Origin: an uncultured Bacilli bacterium
GTDB taxonomy: Bacteria; Bacillota_I; Bacilli_A; RF39; UBA660
Direction of reading: 5' to 3'
Assembly (NCBI GenBank): GCA_947629445.1
Contig: CANRDU010000002.1
Coordinates: 64,047 to 128,046 of the forward strand
DNA: 64,000 nucleotides
Part shown: positions 57,073-64,000 of the stretch, piece by piece
Position numbering within the stretch: the stretch's first letter is position 1
Layout: every line of letters begins with the position of its first letter
Notes under the pieces: model-generated
Told to the model about the DNA's origin: nothing
The model's database searches: none
The model's input: the letters and a program-made list of their open reading frames with translations, nothing else
Program-made: the position numbers and the translations under genes

Positions 57073-57101
57073 ATTTTAACATACATCCCCTCTTTTGTCA
57101 A
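57073..57101 (-). promoter_or_regulatory. sigma-A promoter for rplU-prp-rpmA
   Basis: Minus strand reads TTGACA (57101-57096), 17 nt, TAAAAT (57078-57073). The -35 overlaps the upstream stop. Confidence 0.55.
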
Positions 57102-57853
57102 CTAAAATAAGTGTTTTTATCGTTTCTTTCTCTTTTTTGACGTTCCTCAAAGTATTCTTGTAAGATTTCTTCTTCCTTGTGCCAATTCCCCTTATAAAAA
57201 AAGTGATGATAACGACTTCGTTTCATTTTCAATAGTTTTTTACCTACAATCTTCTTTTTCCGGTAATAAGAATACTGATGTTGGTAGCGTTCAAAGAGAA
57301 AATGAAGAAAAATACTAGAAATATTTTTTTTCATTCGAAAACATTGAACAGCAAGGTAACTAAAAAATAAAAACGCATAAAGGGTTTTATTACTAAGAAA
57401 AAGAAGAGCTAGTACAATACTAGAAAAGCCAAAAAGGATTTGATAGCTATGGTAATAAGAAACAAAAACATTACTAAGTAAAAATAAAAATTTCGATCCA
57501 TCTAAAGGATAAATAGGAAGCAAATTAAAATATAATAGTGGATAATGAAATGGCGTTTTATAAAAGGTATAAAGTAACATTTGAAAAATAGGTCCTAAAG
57601 AGGCAATAATCATCTCTTGATAAATTGGTCGATTTAATTTTTCTTGAAACTCTGTCATTCCTCCAAAAGGGAGAATTAGAATCCGTTTAATATGCCAGTG
57701 GAAGAAAACCGCACCACTAATATGCCCCAATTCATGAAAGAGAATGACAATCATAAAAGATAAAAAATCATGAAAATGAGCGGTTAATACGGATAATAGG
57801 GCAAAAAAATAAAAAAGTGGATGAAATTCCACTTTAGAAAGGATATTTTTCAT
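57098..57853 (-). CDS. spoIVFB: M50 site-2 protease, SpoIVFB-like
   Basis: HELGH in TM (ILFHELGHISGA) and LLPIYPLDGSKF (NPDG-type). Bacillus-like position upstream of rplU. No obvious CBS domain in the basic C-terminus. Confidence 0.6.
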   Translation of the reverse strand: MKNILSKVEFHPLFYFFALLSVLTAHFHDFLSFMIVILFHELGHISGAVFFHWHIKRILILPFGGMTEFQEKLNRPIYQEMIIASLGPIFQMLLYTFYKTPFHYPLLYFNLLPIYPLDGSKFLFLLSNVFVSYYHSYQILFGFSSIVLALLFLSNKTLYAFLFFSYLAVQCFRMKKNISSIFLHFLFERYQHQYSYYRKKKIVGKKLLKMKRSRYHHFFYKGNWHKEEEILQEYFEERQKRERNDKNTYFS

Positions 57854-58364
57854 AGGGAATAATCTCTCCTTCTTCTTTATATACTAGATACAAATATTGC
57901 TTGGATATCCCCAATAATGTTCCGGCTTCAATGTAGTCATAAAGTTTCACATCCACTTGTGTTAAATTCCCATACCAGCAGTCCAAACCATCCAATTGTT
58001 CTACAATGACAACATTACCATATCCTTCTTTTTCCCCTACAAAAATAACTAATCCTGTTTCCAAAACTGGAACGGGATAAGTATCTTCTACTTTCAATTT
58101 TACACCATCTAAATAAGGTTCTTTCGATTGATAAGTGAGGGTTTCCTGAAATACTGGTTTGGTATCTATATATTTACTGAAAGGAAATGTTGTTCCAAAT
58201 AAGTTTTGGTACCATTTTCCAATTTCTAGAAAAGGTAAATGTTCACTATAAACCTTCTCATAAACCCACTCTTTCCACCTACTATCTTTTTTGATGCCAA
58301 TGAGTAATAATAGACTAATGAGAATGGAAATTAAAGTTCGTTCTATAGTAGAAAGTATATGCAC
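57834..58364 (-). CDS. spoIVFA: degenerate M23/LytM-domain membrane protein, SpoIVFA-like
   Basis: 176 aa with an N-terminal TM. GLVIFVGEKEGYGNVVIVEQLDGLDCWYGNL..VDVKLYDYIEAGTLLG has an M23 fold without the metal-binding His residues. GTG start. Overlaps the next gene by 20 nt. Confidence 0.5.
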   Translation of the reverse strand: MHILSTIERTLISILISLLLLIGIKKDSRWKEWVYEKVYSEHLPFLEIGKWYQNLFGTTFPFSKYIDTKPVFQETLTYQSKEPYLDGVKLKVEDTYPVPVLETGLVIFVGEKEGYGNVVIVEQLDGLDCWYGNLTQVDVKLYDYIEAGTLLGISKQYLYLVYKEEGEIIPYEKYPF

Positions 58365-58419
58365 GGTACCACCTATTAATTACTATGCAATGCTTTCTTT
58401 TTTAGAACAAAAAAAAGAT

Positions 58420-59043
58420 TTATTGTTCAAACAACAAATCTTTGTTCATCATATAATATTGGAAACAAGATATCAAAGATAAAATAGCTGCTAAAAATAG
58501 TAAAAAGTCAGCTACCCGCAAATTGAATAATTCAAATGGTAAATTGTAAAATAGTGTAAGCGTAATACCAGTCATTAAACACATCGTTTTTAATTTACCA
58601 GATTTGATAGCCGCTACTACTTTTCCTTTACTTCCTGCTACCATCTTAATAGAATTTACAATACTATCTCTCATAACAATAATAACAGGAATGATAGGAT
58701 GAATAAATCCAGTCGCTGCTAAAATAATCAATACGGAATTAACAAGCATTTTATCAGCAATAGCATCTATCATCTTTCCAAAATCGGTAATCAAGTTTCT
58801 ACTACGAGCAATATGCCCATCTAAAAAGTCTGTAACAGAAGCAATAATAAAGAATACTCCCGCAACAAAATATTTTACATCCACTACTATCTTTTCAGAG
58901 ATAAATAATTTTGGAATATGAATTCCCATCATATCAAATGGTAGTACCAATATAATGACAATTAAGAAAGATAATAAAATTCTAGTAATTGTAATTTTAT
59001 TTGGCAAATTCCAAATTGTATTTTGTTTTACTTTTCTCTTCAT
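58420..59043 (-). CDS. pgsA: CDP-diacylglycerol--glycerol-3-phosphate 3-phosphatidyltransferase
   Basis: LPNKITITRILL and DFLDGHIARSRNLITDFGKMIDAIADK (CDP-alcohol phosphatidyltransferase motif). Confidence 0.9.
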   Translation of the reverse strand: MKRKVKQNTIWNLPNKITITRILLSFLIVIILVLPFDMMGIHIPKLFISEKIVVDVKYFVAGVFFIIASVTDFLDGHIARSRNLITDFGKMIDAIADKMLVNSVLIILAATGFIHPIIPVIIVMRDSIVNSIKMVAGSKGKVVAAIKSGKLKTMCLMTGITLTLFYNLPFELFNLRVADFLLFLAAILSLISCFQYYMMNKDLLFEQ

Positions 59044-59543
59044 TCACTAACCACCAATCCGTAAGAAACTTCTTTCTTAGAATTAATACCTTTTGTTTCA
59101 CTTGGATCTTCATCATCCTTAGATACCATTAAGAAAATAAAAATAGCAATGCATATAATGATAATAATACCAGCTACTATTAAGAATTTCTTAAGAGAAT
59201 GATTTTCCTTTTCTTCTACTGTATAAGGGGAAGTAACTTTCTTCACTTGTTTCTTATCATTTTTTTTATTTGCTTTCTTAATGTCTTCTAGGGAAATTTT
59301 AGAAGTATAGTCAAAGACAAACTCATTAAAGTCTTCCACTATCTCTTCATAATCCAATCCCAAATATTTTGCATAATCCCTAATAAAGTATTTTAAGTAA
59401 AAAATATCTTTAAAAGCCTCCCTATTGCCAGCTTCAATATTTTCGAGTTGAGAAGGCTTCAGTTTTAAATCTTCGGCTGCTTCCTCGATAGATATTCCCA
59501 TACTTTCTCGAGTTTCCTTCAGTTTCTCTCCTATCTCTTTCAT
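59040..59543 (-). CDS. rodZ: RodZ-like XRE-HTH membrane protein
   Basis: N-terminal HTH (IGEKLKETRESMGISIEEAAEDLKLKPSQLENIE) and a TM. Has a 4-nt overlap with pgsA, as in Bacillus ymfM-pgsA. Confidence 0.6.
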   Translation of the reverse strand: MKEIGEKLKETRESMGISIEEAAEDLKLKPSQLENIEAGNREAFKDIFYLKYFIRDYAKYLGLDYEEIVEDFNEFVFDYTSKISLEDIKKANKKNDKKQVKKVTSPYTVEEKENHSLKKFLIVAGIIIIICIAIFIFLMVSKDDEDPSETKGINSKKEVSYGLVVSE

Positions 59544-59567
59544 ATGAAAACCTCAATTCTAAAAATA

Positions 59568-59921
59568 AATAACACTTTATAAGCCATGTTCTGTACCACA
59601 AGGGTGGCAAACATTTATCTACCAATTACTTGGTCCTTAACTCCGTTTGATTCCTTTGTTAAAGCTCCCCTACCAAAATTTGGGTTTCTCGCTCGTGGGG
59701 TTTACCACGTTCCACTCTTTCTATTTCTAAAAAGCATCGTCACTATGGCACTTTTACACTATACTAAACCATATCCGAAGACTTAGGTTATTCTAGAGCC
59801 GTTAGTAAAAACTACTAGGGGTTATTTTTTCCCCCTACACGAACACTACAATCATCGCAGACTGTGCGAGCATGGACTTTCCTCTATATATAAATATACA
59901 GCGTTTGCCCAAAGTATTATT
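59568..59921 (-). ncRNA. rnpB: RNase P RNA, Bacillus (type B) class
   Basis: The minus strand contains GAGGAAAGTCCATGCTCGCACAGTCTGCGATGATTGTAGTGTTCGTG, GAACGTGGTAAACCCCACGAGCGAGAAACCCAAATTTTGGTAGGGG and ...GGTACAGAACATGGCTTA. These are near-identical to B. subtilis rnpB segments as I recall them. P1 pairing AATAATACTTT/AAAGTGTTATT sets approximate ends. Confidence 0.9.
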
Positions 59922-60246
59922 CTTTTCCGTATATTATTTTTTCTAGATTCGATAAACGACGAAGTAAATCAGCATTCGCACCGCTTGCACCTTGTCCCTC
60001 TGATTCACTTAACACCTCAATCTTTGTGCGGAGACTTCTTACTTCCTTTTTAAGACGGATGTTATCTTCTAACAACTCTTTTTTATCTTCCTCTAGTTCA
60101 TGAATCATAGAAGTCATTTCATCATAATCCTTAATAATCATATCTAGAAAACGATCAACTTCCTGTGGTCGATAACCTCTTGTATCAATTTTAAAATCTT
60201 TTTCTAATATATCCTTGCTAGTAAGCACTACCCTATCTTGATACAT
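59917..60246 (-). CDS. gpsB: cell-cycle protein GpsB (DivIVA-domain)
   Basis: LTSKDILEKDFKIDTRGYRPQEVDRFLDMIIKDYDEM. ATG 60246 follows GGTGGA; the track start 60255 is GTG. Confidence 0.88.
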   Translation of the reverse strand: MYQDRVVLTSKDILEKDFKIDTRGYRPQEVDRFLDMIIKDYDEMTSMIHELEEDKKELLEDNIRLKKEVRSLRTKIEVLSESEGQGASGANADLLRRLSNLEKIIYGKE

Positions 60247-60299
60247 GTAATCCACCTCTCTTTATTTCAGTCATATTATCTCAAAAAAAAGAAGGTTTG

Positions 60300-60413
60300 T
60301 CAAACATTCCCCTTCCTTTGCTTAGACCCAATTTGATACGTATTTAACTTGATATAATTTACATCGTTAATCATCGTACTAAACATTTCTTCAACGTGCT
60401 TCTTCCTATCCAT
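60300..60413 (-). CDS. candidate 37-aa ORF (not in ORF track)
   Basis: SD GAGGTGAG then ATG 60413. Product MDRKKHVEEMFSTMINDVNYIKLNTYQIGSKQRKGNV. The stop is followed by a hairpin (GTTTGaCAAAC core) and T8. No homology recognised. Confidence 0.35.
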   Translation of the reverse strand: MDRKKHVEEMFSTMINDVNYIKLNTYQIGSKQRKGNV

Positions 60414-60523
60414 TTTCTCACCTCATTATCACTATATCGTAGTAGAGTGTTAAGATTTGTCGAATTAGACTTGCGAAGTAGCATTAAATTGAAAATTATA
60501 GTATAATATCTCTAGGTGACGTT

Positions 60524-61090
60524 ATGAAATATCCAAATGGGATTAAGAAGACCTATGAAAGTAAAGTATCCTATGGAAATAGAGGAATGACACTAGAAGA
60601 AGACTTAAATATTAGCAATGAATACTATAGAGATACGAATGAGGCTATTATTTATAAAAAACCTACTCCCATTACGATTCATAAGGTAGACTTTCCTTCT
60701 AGAAGAGAAGCTATCATCAGGGATGCTCGTTTCGGTATTCCTTCGACTACGGATTATAACGGTATCTATCGAGGAAAATATATCGACTTTGAGGCAAAAG
60801 AAACAACGAATAAAACAAGTTTCCCCCTTTCTAATATTCATGCTCATCAAATTACTCATTTGTGTAGAATTATAGAACATGGAGGGATTGGTTTTCTCAT
60901 CGTTCGTTTCACTAGTTTTAATGAAACTTACTTATTAGAAGGAAAAGATTTTTTTCAGTTCATAGATAATGAAAAAAGAAAATCCATTCCTAGGACTTAT
61001 TTCCAAAAAGTTGGGAAATTGATTCCCATTGGACTTCGTCCTAGATTAGATTACTTAAAATATATTGAGGTGAATAATGAAAACAAATAA
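60524..61090 (+). CDS. recU: Holliday junction resolvase RecU
   Basis: YGNRGMTLEEDLNISNEYY, DYNGIYRGKYIDFEAKET. Overlaps ponA as in Bacillus. Confidence 0.92.
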   Translation: MKYPNGIKKTYESKVSYGNRGMTLEEDLNISNEYYRDTNEAIIYKKPTPITIHKVDFPSRREAIIRDARFGIPSTTDYNGIYRGKYIDFEAKETTNKTSFPLSNIHAHQITHLCRIIEHGGIGFLIVRFTSFNETYLLEGKDFFQFIDNEKRKSIPRTYFQKVGKLIPIGLRPRLDYLKYIEVNNENK

Positions 61091-63953
61091 TAAGCAAAAA
61101 ATCAGTTCCATGACCATATGCGTACTGATTATTAGTTTAATAATTCTGATTGTAGGCATTCTGGCCGTAGGGTTTCTTCCTAGTTTTTTAACAGTGGCTA
61201 TCCTAGATATTATCTATTTTAAAAAGGAACTTTCCATAGCTTATCGAAATATTAAAAAAATGATAAAAAAATCGAAGGCTCAAAAGGAAAGCGCCAAAAT
61301 TCCAAAAACGAAAGAAGCCATTTATGAATATAAAAAAGGTGATGAAATTATCACGACCAAGGAGGATAGTATGAAAAAGAAAAAAAAGAACACATCTTCC
61401 CAAAAATCGAATAATACGCAAAAGAAGAATAAGCCTAAGAAAAAAGTAGGAGTAATTATCTTTGAATGTTTCCTACTATTCTGTTGCTTCTGTTTCATGG
61501 TAGGAATGTCTGCAGTACTAGCCTTCTGTACTTACATCGTAACGAGTGCTCCTAAATTTGATCCTGAAAAATTGTACTCTGTTGAACCATCCACCCTCTA
61601 TTGGTCTGATGGTTCCGTTATGGCAGTTGTCGGTACGGAAAAGCGTGATATTATCACTTATGATGAATTACCGGAAGTATATATTAATGCTTTAGTAGCT
61701 ACTGAGGATGCTAATTTCTTCCAGCACAATGGAATTGATTTAAAAAGATTCTTAGTAGCATCCGTAAAACAAGTACTAGGACAAGATGATGCAGGTGGTG
61801 CTTCTACTCTTACTATGCAATTATCTAAAAATACCTATACTAGTAAAACAGCAACAGGATGGAAAGGTATCGTTCGTAAATTTACCGATGTATACTTATC
61901 TGTCTTTAAAATTGAACCAACTTACACAAAAGAACAAATTATTGAATTCTATGCGAATACCAACCAATTAGGTAGTACTTATGGAGTAGAATCTGCATCC
62001 AAAATGTATTTTGGAAAGAGTGCTAAAGATATGAATATTTCAGAAGCAGCTCTTTTAGTTGGTATGTATAAAGCACCTTCTGCTTACAATCCTTTTCTTC
62101 ATCCTGAAGCAGCAGAAGAGCGAAGACAAACCGTTCTTTACCTGCTTAGAAGACACAATTATATTACCGATAAAGAATATGAAATTGCAAAAAAAATGAC
62201 CGTTGATAAAATTGTTACCCAAACAGCTGATGATTGGACCGGTGCCGATGAGATGGATGATTGGAAACGTTCTGCTGTTGATACCGCTGTTTCTGAAGTT
62301 ATTAAAAGAACTGGGGATAACCCTCGTGAAACACCAATGAAAGTCTACACGACATTCAATAAAAAATATCAAGAGCATGTTGGTAAAATCATGACAGGAG
62401 AAACTTATAAATGGGAACATGAAAATTCACAAGCTGGTATTGCGGTTGTAGATGTTCATAATGGAGCTTTAGTTGCCGTTGGTGGTAACCGTGATAATAG
62501 TTCTGATAACAATCTTAACCATGCTACCCAAATCAATTATCAAATTGGTTCTACCGCTAAACCGCTATATGATTATGGTCCAGCTTTTGAATACTTAAAC
62601 TGGAGTACCGCAACCGTTCTAGCCGATGAACCAATGGATTATAGTGATGGAACAAAGATTGGTAACTGGGACGGTAGTTATTGGGGATTTAGAAGTATTC
62701 GTGAACAACTTGCAGGTTCTAGAAATATTCCAGCACTAAAAACATTCCAATTACTAGATAAAGATAAAATTCGTTCCTTCGTAGAAAGTCTTGGTCTACA
62801 TCCAGAAAATTATCTTCATGAAGCTCACTCTATCGGTGGTTATGGAGGAAAAGAAGAAGATGGTATCAAACGTGGTGAGAACCCACTATCCATGGCTGGT
62901 GCTTATGCTGCATTTGCTAATGGTGGTTATTACACAGAGCCTTATTCCGTTACTAAAATTGTTTATGCTGATGGAGAAACCGTTAATGTTCAAATGGAAA
63001 CAAAACAGGTTATGAGTAGTGCAACAGCATACATGATTACTAGTATCTTACAAGACTGTGCCGAAGACATGGTTGTTCCAAGAAAACAAATTAACAATGT
63101 TCCATATGCTGGTAAAACAGGAACTACTAACTACGATTCAAAGACAATGAAAGCAAATAAATTACCTTCTAATGCCGCTAAAGACTTATGGGTTGCCGCC
63201 TATAATACAGATTATGCAATATCGGTTTGGTACGGTTTTGACTCCTTAAAAGAAGGATATAATAGAATGGGTACAAAACCACATCGAAATTTGTTCCAGG
63301 CCGTAGCTAAGAAAATATTTACCAATAAAGCAAACTTTAAAATGCCAGATACTGTTACGAAAGTCAAAATTGAAACAGACTCAGCAACTTTAATGCTACC
63401 TAGTGAATTTACTCCTAAAAAATACATTAAAGAAGAATTATTTATCGCAGGTACAGAGCCATCACAAGTTTCTACTAGATTCTCTAAATTAAATGATGTA
63501 AGTGATTTAGTAGCTACTGTAAATGGTGGTACAGTAACCTTATCATGGAGCCCAATTGCTACTCCAGATCCATTCAATAAAACACTATTAAAAGAGCAAA
63601 ATAAGAGTGCTTTCGTTAGTGAAAGTAGATTAAATTCTTATGTCAATACACTCTATAAAAAGAATGTTTCCGATTTAGGAGAAGTTGGATATAATGTCTA
63701 TGTTCAAACAGAGGTTGGACTTACTCTTCTAGGATGGACTCCAAATACAAGTTACACAGTAAGTGGGCAATCGGGCAATGTAACCTTTATTGTAAAAACG
63801 TGTTATTCCAAATTTAAAAACAATATCGCAGATGGAAAGAGTGTTACGATTGATGCAGGTGATGCGCCAATCACTCCTACCGATCCAACCGATCCAACCG
63901 ATCCAACAACACCTGATGTAGATAATCCTGAAAATCCGGATGACACGATATAG
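61077..63953 (+). CDS. ponA: class A penicillin-binding protein 1A (glycosyltransferase + transpeptidase)
   Basis: GT51 motifs (ATEDANFFQHNGID, GGASTLTMQL) and TP motifs (STAKP, SRN, KTGTT). The long form starts at ATG 61077 (SD GAGGTGA). An in-frame ATG at 61371 after AAGGAGG gives a Bacillus-like N-terminus. Confidence 0.93.
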   Translation: MKTNNKQKISSMTICVLIISLIILIVGILAVGFLPSFLTVAILDIIYFKKELSIAYRNIKKMIKKSKAQKESAKIPKTKEAIYEYKKGDEIITTKEDSMKKKKKNTSSQKSNNTQKKNKPKKKVGVIIFECFLLFCCFCFMVGMSAVLAFCTYIVTSAPKFDPEKLYSVEPSTLYWSDGSVMAVVGTEKRDIITYDELPEVYINALVATEDANFFQHNGIDLKRFLVASVKQVLGQDDAGGASTLTMQLSKNTYTSKTATGWKGIVRKFTDVYLSVFKIEPTYTKEQIIEFYANTNQLGSTYGVESASKMYFGKSAKDMNISEAALLVGMYKAPSAYNPFLHPEAAEERRQTVLYLLRRHNYITDKEYEIAKKMTVDKIVTQTADDWTGADEMDDWKRSAVDTAVSEVIKRTGDNPRETPMKVYTTFNKKYQEHVGKIMTGETYKWEHENSQAGIAVVDVHNGALVAVGGNRDNSSDNNLNHATQINYQIGSTAKPLYDYGPAFEYLNWSTATVLADEPMDYSDGTKIGNWDGSYWGFRSIREQLAGSRNIPALKTFQLLDKDKIRSFVESLGLHPENYLHEAHSIGGYGGKEEDGIKRGENPLSMAGAYAAFANGGYYTEPYSVTKIVYADGETVNVQMETKQVMSSATAYMITSILQDCAEDMVVPRKQINNVPYAGKTGTTNYDSKTMKANKLPSNAAKDLWVAAYNTDYAISVWYGFDSLKEGYNRMGTKPHRNLFQAVAKKIFTNKANFKMPDTVTKVKIETDSATLMLPSEFTPKKYIKEELFIAGTEPSQVSTRFSKLNDVSDLVATVNGGTVTLSWSPIATPDPFNKTLLKEQNKSAFVSESRLNSYVNTLYKKNVSDLGEVGYNVYVQTEVGLTLLGWTPNTSYTVSGQSGNVTFIVKTCYSKFKNNIADGKSVTIDAGDAPITPTDPTDPTDPTTPDVDNPENPDDTI
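63879..63905 (+). repeat. 3 x 9-bp tandem repeat (ACCGATCCA) encoding PTDPTDPTD
   Basis: Read directly in the C-terminal low-complexity tail of PBP1A. Confidence 0.9.
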
Positions 63954-64000
63954 CAAAAAGAGAACTAAGTAAATATCTTTGAAGTGATAAAGTAAAAGTA

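Noticed and set aside
63879-63905. The PTDPTDPTD 9-bp tandem repeat as a phase-variation switch.
   Set aside because: The unit length is a multiple of three, so copy-number change keeps the frame. It lies in a disordered C-terminal tail and is most simply a low-complexity linker.
2230-63956. Many 60-130-aa ORFs in the track lie antisense to, or out of frame within, long conserved genes. Examples are 2230..2412, 7003..7296, 7717..7965, 9042..9284, 12823..13149, 13381..13773, 35313..35582, 39707..39928, 52393..52587, 62055..62420, 63212..63577 and 63729..63956.
   Set aside because: They sit entirely inside well-supported genes (tuf, fusA, uvrA, leuS, GH31, nrdD, ponA and others). They lack SD sequences, have low-complexity hydrophobic or Ser/Ile-rich composition typical of shadow frames in AT-rich DNA, and match no family I recognise.

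Overview
Strongly AT-rich Bacillota (Firmicutes) chromosomal segment, almost entirely core genes and mostly on the minus strand. Gene order resembles Bacillus: rpsL-rpsG-fusA-tuf, yqeG-yqeH, ftsY-ylxM, spoIVFA/B-like-rplU-prp-rpmA, rodZ-pgsA, gpsB-rnpB and recU-ponA. A CotD-like and a SpoIVFB-like gene suggest a low-GC spore former; the exact taxon cannot be set without a database search. I call about 66 CDS. Four are not in the ORF track: an edge-truncated topA, a 58-aa NrdD glycyl-radical peptide, and two small ORFs. Many starts were refined using SD and start-codon context. I also call RNase P RNA, a Leu T-box leader, an L21-leader-like UTR, several sigma-A-type promoters and intrinsic terminators. 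I saw no CRISPR array, IS element, integrase, prophage, tRNA or rRNA. The most notable observations are: (1) the class III ribonucleotide reductase is encoded in pieces, with the glycyl-radical domain on a separate 58-codon cistron between nrdD and nrdG; (2) a HerA/FtsK-type ATPase is packed into the ftsY-ylxM operon where ffh normally sits, next to a GDPD-like phosphodiesterase; (3) a three-cistron BadF-type activase plus two dehydratase-like subunits of unknown function; (4) tandem MurE paralogs, one with a non-canonical specificity motif; (5) a PBP1A with an in-frame N-terminal membrane extension and two SD-backed starts. All functional calls come from motif recognition by eye and recalled family knowledge, not from searches.
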